Below, piece by piece: positions 47,578 through 57,411 of a stretch of DNA of 64,000 nucleotides. Source of the DNA: Oscillospiraceae bacterium (GTDB lineage Bacteria; Bacillota; Clostridia; Oscillospirales; JAVBNY01); the NCBI GenBank assembly GCA_031551205.1, contig JAVBNY010000001.1, positions 7,586 through 71,585 of the forward strand. The letters run 5' to 3'. The notes under the pieces are model-generated. The model had not been told where the DNA came from, did no database searches, and was given only the letters and a program-made list of their open reading frames with translations. How positions within the stretch are numbered: position 1 is the first letter of the stretch; each line of letters opens with the position of its first letter. The translations under genes were made by a program, and so were the position numbers.

Positions 47578-49872
47578 CTAAATATCCCTGCGCGCATACC
47601 ATTCGAGATAGGCGTTGGCGATGGCAGTGCAGCCGAGGTCGTTAGGATGCGCGTCGGAGGCGGAGTATTTGTATTCGGGCACCACCATGCCCTCGTTCGG
47701 CTCCGGCAGGGCAATGGCCGGCGTGGGGTCAAAGACGTAATCCCACTCGTCTGTCTTTGTCGTCAGAAGATAGCTTCTGATCTTGCGCCACTCGGCAAGC
47801 GGCGCCGGCGCGTAATCAAAAGATGGCGGGACAAACACGGTGAGCTTCGCGTTAGGGTTCACCGCTCTGACGGATGAGCATATCTTCTTCATGTCGAGAA
47901 CCCATTGCTCAAAGGTTCTCCACATGCCGAGGTCGTTAATACCCAGGACAAAGTTGACCTCGTCCGAGCGCTTTACCTTCGCGAGCCAGGCCCCGTCGCT
48001 GGAGACGTCGTATGTGCGCGCCCAGCCGAGTCCGTGGTTCCATACGCGGACATCGGGGCCGAGCCCCGCGGAAACCTTCGTGACCCAATACTGCTCCTGA
48101 CCGAGCTGTGTGCCCGTGCCCTGCGTAACAGAGTCGCCAATAAAGTCAATGACCTTGGAAACGCTTTTCTTAACGGCGAACATATTGGGGAATATGCCCT
48201 GCCCGGTTCCGTTTGCGGCAAACCCGGCGCTTGTCTCCTGAGACGAAAAATCCCCCGTTTTGCTCCAGGACAGAAGCCTTGACTCATATCCGCCCGGGAT
48301 CACGTTTCCTCCGTCAACTCCGGTAACCGTCCACGTAAAGCAGAGGTAATGTCCTTCGGGCAGGTCAAAGCTGACCTCGTCCGACCAGAACTGCTCGCCC
48401 GGGAGCACGCCGCGGCTCGCTTCGCCGCCGTACAGAACCGGGACGGAGGTGCCCTCCGCGACCGTGCCGTTGGGGGCCGTGCCGCCGTCGGCAATGTATG
48501 CCGCGGTGATCTTCCAGTTTCCGCCGAGAAGATTTTCGTGGTGGAATTCACCAGTGGAATCACTGGCGTCCCTGATATTGGAGTACCAAAAGCGCCATGT
48601 CTGAGTGCCGAAGTCAAACCTCGGCTTGACGTATACACGGTAGGTTCTGGAGGCGCCCCTGTTCACACCGAGGAGCCTGTTATTGTCGGTACTCGACGCG
48701 ACGGCTGAAACATAGCTGCTCCAGATGTCCTGGTCAAAATCCTGCGACAGCTGCATGGGCCTGACCAGATCGTCCCAAACGAAGGACCTTATAACAGCGC
48801 CCTCTACCCCGGTCAGATCAAAATCCGCGAAGAAAAGCTCGCTGTTTTCAGGCTCAACGACAATGTCGTTTATAAGTTTAGAGGCGCGCAGCCTGCCGTC
48901 AATATCATAAAGAGCAAAGATGACCGGCGGCGCGTAGGGAAGAGCCATCTTGTTGTTAAGCACGCTGACGGACGCCCTGTATGTATTTCCCGAAAGCCTG
49001 ACGGAGGTGAGCGGCGCGCTCCACACCTGCGCGGGGCTGACGTCTACCGTACAGGCGGCCTCGGCCTCTCCCAGGGAGGCCGTAATCGTCGCGGCGCCGA
49101 TCCCGACGGCGGTAATCTTTCCGCTCTGATCCACTGTGGCGGCTGATTCATTGTCGGAGCGCCACAGAACCCCGGGATCCGACGCCTTAAGCTCATACAC
49201 GGCGCCCTTATACATGCTGAGGCTGTAATCACTGAGGCCAAGCTTCACATATTCCACGACAGGATCCCAGTTGAGGTTGTCGCTCGAAGCGCCGACGCCG
49301 AGCATGTTGGCTATGAAATGCAGCTTGTCGCCCGCATTTATGTACATCCCGATCGGCTCAAATGTGATGCCTCCCAGGGCATTAAGGTTGTTCGGAAGCC
49401 TTTTCCAGTCAGAATCAAATGGGTGGTACTTTGGCCAGATCAAGTCGGCGTTCTTTTTGACCATTATCTTCGCGCCGTCGTTTGTGTTCGTCGATACAAA
49501 GGTGATTTTCTTCGAGGCTGAGATCCTGACAAAACCGCTCTTTGGCGCGGTAAACGTCACGGCGGTGCTCAACCATTCGCCCGTGGCCGGGCTGATTGTT
49601 CCGGCGCCGACGGCGCCCCAGGTGAGGGATGTGTTGACCGCCGACTGGCGCCATCTCCCGTCCGGGGAGACGGCCGCAAGATCCTCATAGTTGTCCAGGT
49701 TATGGCCAACGTACTGATACCTCCAGACAGGCCCCTGCGCTTCGGACGAAAAATCCTTGGACAGGGAGAAGGCGCTGTCAGCTTCCGCTCCAAAGGCGGC
49801 AAAGGTGAACGAGCCCAAAATCAGAGCAAGCAGCAGAAGCGTCGAAACTGTTATTCTAAATTGCTTTTTCAT
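47578..49872 (-). CDS. Secreted multidomain SGNH/GDSL-type (carbohydrate) esterase with a Big_2 domain
   Basis: Signal peptide. Big_2-like segment YELKASDPGVLWRSDNESAATVDQSGKITAVGIGAATITA. SGNH block I IDFIGDSVTQGTG and block V SDAHPNDLG. Confidence 0.75.
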   Translation of the reverse strand: MKKQFRITVSTLLLLALILGSFTFAAFGAEADSAFSLSKDFSSEAQGPVWRYQYVGHNLDNYEDLAAVSPDGRWRQSAVNTSLTWGAVGAGTISPATGEWLSTAVTFTAPKSGFVRISASKKITFVSTNTNDGAKIMVKKNADLIWPKYHPFDSDWKRLPNNLNALGGITFEPIGMYINAGDKLHFIANMLGVGASSDNLNWDPVVEYVKLGLSDYSLSMYKGAVYELKASDPGVLWRSDNESAATVDQSGKITAVGIGAATITASLGEAEAACTVDVSPAQVWSAPLTSVRLSGNTYRASVSVLNNKMALPYAPPVIFALYDIDGRLRASKLINDIVVEPENSELFFADFDLTGVEGAVIRSFVWDDLVRPMQLSQDFDQDIWSSYVSAVASSTDNNRLLGVNRGASRTYRVYVKPRFDFGTQTWRFWYSNIRDASDSTGEFHHENLLGGNWKITAAYIADGGTAPNGTVAEGTSVPVLYGGEASRGVLPGEQFWSDEVSFDLPEGHYLCFTWTVTGVDGGNVIPGGYESRLLSWSKTGDFSSQETSAGFAANGTGQGIFPNMFAVKKSVSKVIDFIGDSVTQGTGTQLGQEQYWVTKVSAGLGPDVRVWNHGLGWARTYDVSSDGAWLAKVKRSDEVNFVLGINDLGMWRTFEQWVLDMKKICSSVRAVNPNAKLTVFVPPSFDYAPAPLAEWRKIRSYLLTTKTDEWDYVFDPTPAIALPEPNEGMVVPEYKYSASDAHPNDLGCTAIANAYLEWYARRDI

Positions 49873-50309
49873 TTCTACAGTCGATCCTTTCCGTATCTCT
49901 TCAAAAAATCGGCATTTCTCCAGGTCCTACTGGCTAGGACGCACCGCCCGGAACCTTAAAAAATCACCTCCTCTGATACTTGAAAAGGGCTAATTCTGAC
50001 ACGGCTGACATTAAATGTGCCCGGGCTCAAAAATAAAGACAGGATTACATTTTTGAAGAGATTGTTATTTCATCCAAATTATACTGCCAATATACAGGCG
50101 GGTCAACCCTTTTATGGGGAATATATATGTATTATTTATATATTTGACGTCTGTTTTTCTGTTCTTTTAAACGGTAAGCAGGTAGAATTGGGGCGGGTGT
50201 TTTAAATATAAAACCTCCCGTGCGCGTGAACAGTACGGCGGGAAGGCCGTCGCTGTCTGCGCGCAGGGAGGTTTTAATTTGCCGCTATTTCTCGGGTCTT
50301 GTGCGGGGC

Positions 50310-52931
50310 TCAGTTGCCCTTGCCGTAAGGTCTCAAATTGACCGCTGAGATACTCAAAAGCTCCAGCATCTCATCCTGTGAGGATGGGCTGTGGTAATAA
50401 AAGCCCTGAAGGAAGTCGACGCCCGCTTCACGGCATATCTTCAGCTGCTCGTCGGTTTCAAGCCCTTTCAGGCAGACCTTCAGACCCAGCAGATGTCCGA
50501 CATTGCTCATCATTGAGATGAGCTTTTCCGGCTTAAGCCCGCTTCCGGACTGGCACGCGAAGGAGCCGTCAATCTTAATCATGTCGGCAGGCAGATCCCT
50601 CAGGCACTCCAGCGTTGAGGCGCCTCCGCCGAAGCCGTCCAGCGAGACGCGGATGCCCATGCTCCTCAGCCCTTTAAGCACACCGGAGGCTTTGAGGAAG
50701 CCTTCCGCGTCACCGCCTGAGATGTCAAAGATTATATTTCTGGGACTTACGCCGGTTTCCGTGAGCAGCCAGTGAATATCCTCGGCGAAATCAGGCTGGA
50801 TGAGCTGTGAAAGGCAGACATTCACGGTAACGGAGAAATCAGGGTGGCCGCAGTTGTTAATATGCCTGCATATCCTCATAGCGGATCTGAGCACAAACTT
50901 GCCGAGAGGCTGGATCAGCCCCAGCCGGTCCGCCAGGGGAATAAACTCGCCGGGCATCACCAGCTCTCCGGAAAGCCTGTCATATAGCCTGAGCAGCGCC
51001 TCGGCACCGATAAAACCGCCGTCTTTCATATCGACGCAGAACTGATAGTGCACCTCGAAGCCTTCAAAATTGTTGTTTATCGAATCCCGCAGCATTCGTT
51101 CCAGCTCGGCACGACGCTCCGTGGCGTGCTCCATCCCCTGAAAAAAGCTTATAGCCCTGTTTTTGCCGGCTTTTTTCGCTTCAAACATCGCGGTTTCTGC
51201 ATTTTTCAGCACACTGCCAACGGTTTTGCCGTTGTCAGGAAAGCAGGCGAGGCCGATGCTCAGCGAGAGAAAAAACTGGCGTCCGTGCGCAATCCACGAC
51301 CTTCGGGTGCGATTTTGCAGCTTGGTGATCAGCGCGTTGGCCTTTTGCTCGGAAAACTCCTCCATTATTATCGCAAAGGCGTCCCCGCCAAACCTGAAAA
51401 CACTGACCCTGTCGGTCACAAGAGATTTGAGGAACGTGGAGATCTCAATTAGCAGCGCGTCGCCGTAATCGTGCCCGTAGCCGTCGTTGGAGATACGGAA
51501 ATCATCAATGTCGGCGATGAGGACATATCCTTCTCTCCCTCGCTGGACAGCACGGGACACGGCCTCCCCAAGTGCCGTCTCACAGCTCCGCCTGTTCGGA
51601 AGTCCGGTCAGATGGTCAAAGCCTGAGAGCTTTTCGACACGGTCCTCGCTCTGTTTTTTAACAGATATGTCGTCAAGGCAAATGAGGCGCGCTTCCCTGC
51701 CGTCAGTCCATTTTATCAGGGATCGTGTCGTTTTGAACCATGTTTTGTGTTTTTCAGAGCACATCTCAAAGACATTTTCGTCCGGGCTTATCCCGAGCTC
51801 ATTCTCGATGCACTTTATGCAGTCCTCCGTAAATGCGCCGTGTATTACGTCCCAGCACCTTTTGGACAGGCAGGTTTCTCCGAAGGCGTCTCTGAATTTT
51901 TTGTTCGCAAAAATAATGCCGTTGTGCTCAGATTCAACTACAGCAACAAGCGAGCTGACAGCTTCCAGCGATTCCTCCAGCAATGATATAGAGGCCTCGG
52001 AACTTTCCTTGTATGCTGCCCCCGCTATTGCAGCCGACAGGATTGCCGACGCCATGTCGAGGAAGGAGAGCTCGTCCTCGCGCCATTCCATCTCGCCCGA
52101 GCAGCGCTGAAAGCAGCAGATTCCATATCGCTCGCTGCCGGCCGTCTTAACGGGGAAGAAGGCGGCGGCCGTGGCGCCGCGGAGGAGCCCTTCCCTGGAG
52201 ACGGAAAGCTGCTCTGCCCCGAGAGCGCACCTTCCTGCTTCGCTTATATCCTCTATAACTCCAGGGAGGTGGCTTACATAATCATAGACAGCGCCGTGCG
52301 ACTGCGCTTCAATGCTTATAACGCCCTCGCCTGTCCATTCGCACGAGACGGCAAAAGACCTGCCTCCGTTTCTGTCGCAAAGCAGCACGGCGCGGCTCAA
52401 ACCCAGAAGTTCACCCGTCTTTTTCAGCAGCGCTTCTGAAGCGAGCCGAGCGCTGGGATTGTGTATGTCTCTTAACATGCCGCTCAGTACGGCCTCGCGG
52501 CCGTATCCGTCGGCGGATTTTTCTTTCAGCCGCTTGAAATGCGAATGGTCTGAGAGCTGGTGCTCCCAGCAGACCGGGGTGCCCTCCGCGTCGCGCGTCA
52601 GCGTACACGTGTCGGAAACCCATATGTGGTTTTTATCCCGCGAGACAAGCCTGAAAAAATGCTCATACACATCCTTTTTGCCCTCCTCACAGCTCCTGAG
52701 GGCCTCTGCAGCATGGTCAAAATCGCCTGGATGTATTATGTCGGATAGGCACAGCCTGCCGGAAATAAAATCCTGCGCTCTGTAACCGTACCTGGAGATC
52801 TCGCGCGAGATGTGGCTCACGGCCCATTTGTCGCTCCCCGAGGGGGTGATCGCGAATATGTAGGGGCTGAGGTCATCAGCCCGCCCGGCACCGAAACTAA
52901 TGTCACGCGGATAGTCTCCAGCCATATCCAT
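50310..52931 (-). CDS. PAS-GAF-PAS-GGDEF-EAL signalling protein with a degenerate GGDEF motif (GGDAF)
   Basis: GGDAF is encoded at 51375-51389 and EAL at 50994-51002. N-terminal PAS- and GAF-like regions plus the Cys cluster CLSKRCW..DCIKC. Confidence 0.9.
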   Translation of the reverse strand: MDMAGDYPRDISFGAGRADDLSPYIFAITPSGSDKWAVSHISREISRYGYRAQDFISGRLCLSDIIHPGDFDHAAEALRSCEEGKKDVYEHFFRLVSRDKNHIWVSDTCTLTRDAEGTPVCWEHQLSDHSHFKRLKEKSADGYGREAVLSGMLRDIHNPSARLASEALLKKTGELLGLSRAVLLCDRNGGRSFAVSCEWTGEGVISIEAQSHGAVYDYVSHLPGVIEDISEAGRCALGAEQLSVSREGLLRGATAAAFFPVKTAGSERYGICCFQRCSGEMEWREDELSFLDMASAILSAAIAGAAYKESSEASISLLEESLEAVSSLVAVVESEHNGIIFANKKFRDAFGETCLSKRCWDVIHGAFTEDCIKCIENELGISPDENVFEMCSEKHKTWFKTTRSLIKWTDGREARLICLDDISVKKQSEDRVEKLSGFDHLTGLPNRRSCETALGEAVSRAVQRGREGYVLIADIDDFRISNDGYGHDYGDALLIEISTFLKSLVTDRVSVFRFGGDAFAIIMEEFSEQKANALITKLQNRTRRSWIAHGRQFFLSLSIGLACFPDNGKTVGSVLKNAETAMFEAKKAGKNRAISFFQGMEHATERRAELERMLRDSINNNFEGFEVHYQFCVDMKDGGFIGAEALLRLYDRLSGELVMPGEFIPLADRLGLIQPLGKFVLRSAMRICRHINNCGHPDFSVTVNVCLSQLIQPDFAEDIHWLLTETGVSPRNIIFDISGGDAEGFLKASGVLKGLRSMGIRVSLDGFGGGASTLECLRDLPADMIKIDGSFACQSGSGLKPEKLISMMSNVGHLLGLKVCLKGLETDEQLKICREAGVDFLQGFYYHSPSSQDEMLELLSISAVNLRPYGKGN

Positions 52932-53140
52932 TTACCACCAATCTTACAGGTTTCCCGAACGGAGCGGGACGCCGCGCGTCCGCGCGGGAGGTCAGACCAG
53001 CGAAAATTATATTACATTGGCAATCAAAAAACAGGAAAAAGCCCGGTATTACTTCGGCACGTAAAAATTCCCCTCAAAGTTTCATCATCTAAATGCCGGA
53101 GTAATAAAAGCCGCAGACACGCCGCAGCTTTCATGTGATC

Positions 53141-54421
53141 CTATTGGTTCCGGAAAATGACGTCTCCCCTCTTTGGGCCTGTGGAGACTATGCTGATCGG
53201 AACACCGATGCGTTTCTCAATATACTCTATATATGAGTGGGCCTCTTCCGGGAGCTCGCTGAGCGACTTCGCGCCTCTGATATCCTTTTTAAAACCGGGA
53301 AGTTTTTCGATAACCGGTTTTGCACCCTTAAGTTCCGGAGTGACCGGGAAATCCTCCGTCACCCTGCCGCTGATCTCATAAGCGACGCACACCGGGATTT
53401 CGTCCATATAGTGGAGCACGTCGATGGCCGTGAGAGCGACCTCTGTCGCGCCCTGTGCGCGGCACCCGTACCTAGTCGCGACAATGTCAAAATACCCCAT
53501 GCGTCTCGGCCTCCCGGTAGTGGCGCCAAATTCACCCGCATCTCCTCCGAGGTTTCGCAGCGTATCCGCCTCGTCGCCAAAGATCTCGCTGACAAACGCG
53601 CCTGCGCCGACGCAACTCGAGTATGCCTTTGCTACCGCGACTATTGAGCGGATATCTCCCGGGGGAACGCCGGCGCCGATCGCGCCGAAACCGGCAAGCG
53701 TGTGCGACGAGGTGGTGAACGGATAGATCCCGAAATCGGGGTCGCGCATCGCGCCGAGCTGCCCTTCAAGAAGGATCTCCTTCCCTGATGAGGCCGCCTG
53801 AGAGAGAAAAGTGCCCGTATCGCTGACATACGGCCTGATCTGCTCACGCCAGGACACCAGAAGATCAAAAATCTCGGAGGCGTCGAGTTCGTCCTTTTGG
53901 TAAAGGTGCTTCAGCAGCACGTTTTTCACCTCGAGGACGCGGCTAAGTCTCTCTCTTAAAAGTTCATCGTCATAAAGCTCGCAGACCTGAAAGCCTATTT
54001 TAGCATATTTGTCAGAATAAAACGGAGCGATGCCCGATTTTGTGGAGCCGAAGCTCGCGCCCCCAAGCCTTTCCTCCTCATAAGCGTCAAAAAGCTTGTG
54101 GTATGGCATCACAACCTGCGCCCTATCGGAGATCATTAGATTAGGTTCCGGCGCGCCGCCCTTTATGACGCTGCCGATCTCTCTGATCAGCGCGGGGATG
54201 TCAAGCGCAACGCCGTTTCCGATGATATTCACAGATTTTTTTGAAAAAACCCCGGACGGCAGCAGATGCAGCGCAAATTTGCCATAATCGTTGATAATCG
54301 TATGTCCGGCGTTGGCCCCGCCCTGGAACCGCACAACAACATCTGCCTGTTCGGCAAACATGTCGGTAATCTTGCCTTTTCCCTCGTCGCCCCAGTTCGC
54401 TCCAACTATCGCCTTTATCAT
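53141..54421 (-). CDS. purA: Adenylosuccinate synthase
   Basis: VGANWGDEGKGKITD, GGANAGHT, GTTGRPRR. Confidence 0.95.
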   Translation of the reverse strand: MIKAIVGANWGDEGKGKITDMFAEQADVVVRFQGGANAGHTIINDYGKFALHLLPSGVFSKKSVNIIGNGVALDIPALIREIGSVIKGGAPEPNLMISDRAQVVMPYHKLFDAYEEERLGGASFGSTKSGIAPFYSDKYAKIGFQVCELYDDELLRERLSRVLEVKNVLLKHLYQKDELDASEIFDLLVSWREQIRPYVSDTGTFLSQAASSGKEILLEGQLGAMRDPDFGIYPFTTSSHTLAGFGAIGAGVPPGDIRSIVAVAKAYSSCVGAGAFVSEIFGDEADTLRNLGGDAGEFGATTGRPRRMGYFDIVATRYGCRAQGATEVALTAIDVLHYMDEIPVCVAYEISGRVTEDFPVTPELKGAKPVIEKLPGFKKDIRGAKSLSELPEEAHSYIEYIEKRIGVPISIVSTGPKRGDVIFRNQ

Positions 54422-54502
54422 GTCGGTTCTCCTTTACAATAGCTTTAAATCGCAAGTTAAAACGCACGCGAAGCCGTCAGAGGCTCTTTGTGCGGTGTTA
54501 CC

Positions 54503-55861
54503 CTAGTGAAAATACTCCCCGGTATAGCAAGCGTCGCAGAAGCATCGTTCTCCCATAATCGTGAAAATATCCGCAATGTCAAGATACGCGAGTGAATCCG
54601 CACCAATGCGCCGCCGTATCTCCTCCGGGTTCCTCGGCGCCGAACGCTCTATAACCTGCGGAATATCCGCCCCGTACAGGCAGCCGAACCTAAACTTCGG
54701 AGACAGCACGCGCATGTGCACCTCGCGCGCGCCCTTTGAGCGCAGCATTCTGACGATGTCGGCGCTCGTGATCCCGCGTACGATCGAGTCGTCTATAAAA
54801 AGAACACGCTTGTCCTTTACGAACGGGCCGAGTACATTGTACCGCTGCCCGGTGGGGATTGCCCTGAAGCTGCGCTCCGGAGGGGAAAATCCGCTTTTAA
54901 TATAGCCGTTCATAACAAACGCGTTTTCAAACGGGAGACCCGACTCGCTGGAATACCCTGAGGCGGCGTCAAGCCCTGAATCGGGCACCCCGGTCACAAA
55001 ATCCACATCCACCGGATTTTTGCGCGCGAGCAGCTTTCCGGCTTCAAAGCGCCACCTGTAAACGCTTCTGCCGTCCAGCACGGTGTCCGGCCGCGCAAAA
55101 TAGATATATTCGAAGATGCAGCCCCGCCTCGCGGCGCTCGGGCTGATGAGCACAGATCTAATATCGCTTTGCCCCGCGACGACCATCTCTCCGGGGCAGA
55201 TATCCCGAAGAACCGTTCCGCCCACAGCGTCAATTGCGCAGCTTTCCGAGGCAAAAATCAGCATATTGTCAAGCCTGCCCATGCAAAGCGGCTTCACCCC
55301 GTTCGGATCACGCACGGCCATCATCTTCTGCGGGCTCATCACTATCAGTGAATATGCGCCCCTCAGCTCAGGCAGGATATTCGCGACAGCGTCCTCAACA
55401 GTCTTGCATTTGAGCCTTTCGCGGGCTATCAAGTAGGCTATTATCTCGGGCTCCGCATCCGTTTGAAAGATGGCGCCGTCCAGCTCAAGGCGCGTTTTGA
55501 TCTCCGCCGCGTTGACGATGGCGCCGTTCATGGCGATTGTCAGGTTGCCCTTGACATACCGTGAGACAATCGGCTGTGCGTTTTCCGCCGTGGCCTCTTT
55601 TTTAAGCGAATTTTGCACATGACCAACAGCCATCTGCCCTTTGAGCGACGAGAGGATGTCGTTTGAAAAAACCTCGCTGAGGAGGCCGGTTCCCTTATGC
55701 GCCTCTATCTCCCTGTCGAGATTAACGGCTATGCCGCAGGCCTCATGCCCCCTGTGCTGAAGCGCGTACAGTCCGGTATGAGCCAAAAGCGCGGCGTCGC
55801 ATGACGCGGCGCCAAAGATTCCTATAATTCCACATGCGTCACTGGGTTTTCCAAGATACAT
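54503..55861 (-). CDS. purF: Amidophosphoribosyltransferase
   Basis: N-terminal ..ACGIIGIF, ALQHRGHEACGI, and the PRPP loop VLFIDDSIVRGITS. Confidence 0.95.
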   Translation of the reverse strand: MYLGKPSDACGIIGIFGAASCDAALLAHTGLYALQHRGHEACGIAVNLDREIEAHKGTGLLSEVFSNDILSSLKGQMAVGHVQNSLKKEATAENAQPIVSRYVKGNLTIAMNGAIVNAAEIKTRLELDGAIFQTDAEPEIIAYLIARERLKCKTVEDAVANILPELRGAYSLIVMSPQKMMAVRDPNGVKPLCMGRLDNMLIFASESCAIDAVGGTVLRDICPGEMVVAGQSDIRSVLISPSAARRGCIFEYIYFARPDTVLDGRSVYRWRFEAGKLLARKNPVDVDFVTGVPDSGLDAASGYSSESGLPFENAFVMNGYIKSGFSPPERSFRAIPTGQRYNVLGPFVKDKRVLFIDDSIVRGITSADIVRMLRSKGAREVHMRVLSPKFRFGCLYGADIPQVIERSAPRNPEEIRRRIGADSLAYLDIADIFTIMGERCFCDACYTGEYFH

Positions 55862-56072
55862 ATTTACACCTCTTGAGGCTTATCGGATAAAGAAAATTGT
55901 ACCACAATCCAGTATAACATTCAATAGTCCGCGTCATTTTATAAAGCGACGCACATATCAATTGTAGAAATAAACAATTTTGTGTGTTATAATGTCCGCA
56001 AAGCTCGCATTTTGCCCCGGCAAACGGGCGCTTAGCCCTTACGATGTGTCGGTTTCATGCGATTATTACTTT

Positions 56073-56942
56073 TTGGCTGATGGTGATTTTGTGAAATACC
56101 GGTTTTGTTGTTTTTTTCTATGCCTTTTGCTGCTCGCATCCTGCGGCTCTTGTTCACAGAGCGCCGGCCCGGCCCCGATCGCGGACGGTGAGGACAGTGA
56201 GGAGTCGGTTTTGGCATTTTCGGAGATTCCGCTTTCGGAGGGGCCGCCGGAAGCTTCGGACAGCGAGGTGGCGGTCGCATCGCCCACGCCCTCGCTGGAC
56301 GGCGGAGATACGGATCTGACAATGGAGGAGTGGGAGGAATCTCACAGAGAAGCGGCCATTTTGGAAACGGACGACATCACAGCCGGGGCTGAGCTTCGGG
56401 GCGGCGGCAGGCTGAACGTCACGCTTCCAAAGGTCAGGGGCGGCGGGGAAAGCGTGGGAAATATTAACGCTTTTTTTGAAGAGCTGATGGCCGAGCTTTG
56501 CTCCGCGGAATTTTCTGAGAGTCCGGACAGTGTTTCCTACAGCTATGAGCAGAGGTACCTTGACGGGGAGGTTTTGAGCTTCGCGGTGTTTGAGGACATC
56601 GCATCCGGCGTGGAGACCGGCAGCCGCACAGAATTTTACGTGTTCAGGCTTTCGGACGGCTCGCGCATGACGCTTTCGGACTTTTTTGGGGAAAACGCCG
56701 CGGGAACCGTTAAGGATATTGTAATCTCATACATAAAGGGACACCATCTGGAGGACAGGGTATACGGCGGGCTGTTTGAGCCGGGGGCGGATTTCCCCCT
56801 GGAGGCCTGCGTGTTCTCGCCCGATTCGCAGTTTTTTACGCTGCTCTTCAACCCGGGAACGCTTGGCCCAAAGGAGAAAGGGCCGCTGCTTGTCCCCGTT
56901 GAGTTTGAGTTGCTTAAATGGAGGCCGGGGGCAACCGGATGA
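56073..56942 (+). CDS. Hypothetical lipoprotein, DUF4163/DUF3298-like C-terminal region
   Basis: VKYRFCCFFLCLLLLASCGSC (lipobox LLASC), an acidic linker, and a C-terminus resembling RsiV/PdaC-type DUF3298. The start is uncertain (TTG 56073 or GTG 56091). Confidence 0.5.
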   Translation: MADGDFVKYRFCCFFLCLLLLASCGSCSQSAGPAPIADGEDSEESVLAFSEIPLSEGPPEASDSEVAVASPTPSLDGGDTDLTMEEWEESHREAAILETDDITAGAELRGGGRLNVTLPKVRGGGESVGNINAFFEELMAELCSAEFSESPDSVSYSYEQRYLDGEVLSFAVFEDIASGVETGSRTEFYVFRLSDGSRMTLSDFFGENAAGTVKDIVISYIKGHHLEDRVYGGLFEPGADFPLEACVFSPDSQFFTLLFNPGTLGPKEKGPLLVPVEFELLKWRPGATG

Positions 56943-57041
56943 ACTTCAAGGCAGAAATTGAGCGGCACCTTCCGAGCGCTTGCGGCTCAGGGGAAACGGC
57001 GCGCCAAAGATGAGAATGCAGCCTTCTTTTTCTAAAAACCC

Positions 57042-57070
57042 TTGACATACGGGAAGGGAACTGCTACAAT
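57042..57070 (+). promoter_or_regulatory. Consensus sigma-A promoter of the T-box leader
   Basis: TTGACA (57042-57047), 17-nt spacer, TACAAT (57065-57070). Confidence 0.55.
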
Positions 57071-57076
57071 GAAAGA

Positions 57077-57366
57077 AATTTAATATTTTAAATTCGAAAA
57101 CGCTTTATGCGCAGCAGAGAGTAGTAGCTTTTTCATTTGCTTTCAGAGAGTCGGCGGGAGGTGCGAGCCGGCAGCCGTGAAACTGTTGAATGGACTCTGT
57201 GAGAAGCCGGGCGAGCCCCTTTCGGGAGGTAGCTTTGGACGTATATCCCACGTTACAGGGATGAGGGCGTGATTGCGCCTTCTCCGAGATATGCCTTTTG
57301 GCATAAGATAGGTGGTACCGCGAAGTGGCCTTCGCCCTATTACAGGGTGGGGGTTTTTCTGTTTTT
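57077..57366 (+). ncRNA. T-box leader (riboswitch), tryptophan specifier UGG
   Basis: Stem I elements: agagagtag, then cagagag..ggtgcgag. Specifier-loop context ttGAA-UGG-Ac, with UGG at 57191-57193. Canonical T-box sequence ataGGTGGTACCGCGaag at 57308-57325. Confidence 0.8.
57329..57358 (+). terminator. T-box terminator hairpin
   Basis: ccttcgccct-attac-agggtggggg (10 bp including G-U pairs) followed by TTTTT. Its 5' arm (cttcgc) can alternatively pair with gcgaag of the T-box, giving the antiterminator. Confidence 0.7.
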
Positions 57367-57411
57367 ACACACTTGCCCTGACAGGTCAAAAAAACAAAGG
57401 GAGCGATTAAT

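Noticed and set aside
44081-49872. Genomic island integrated at tRNA-Leu
   Set aside because: No integrase, recombinase or direct repeat of the tRNA 3' end was seen on either side. The esterase genes match the surrounding DNA in composition by eye.
55862-56072. Purine riboswitch or PurR box upstream of purF
   Set aside because: Only fragments resembling UAUAA and GACUAU are present and they are too close together. There are no P2/P3 helices or conserved loop sequences.
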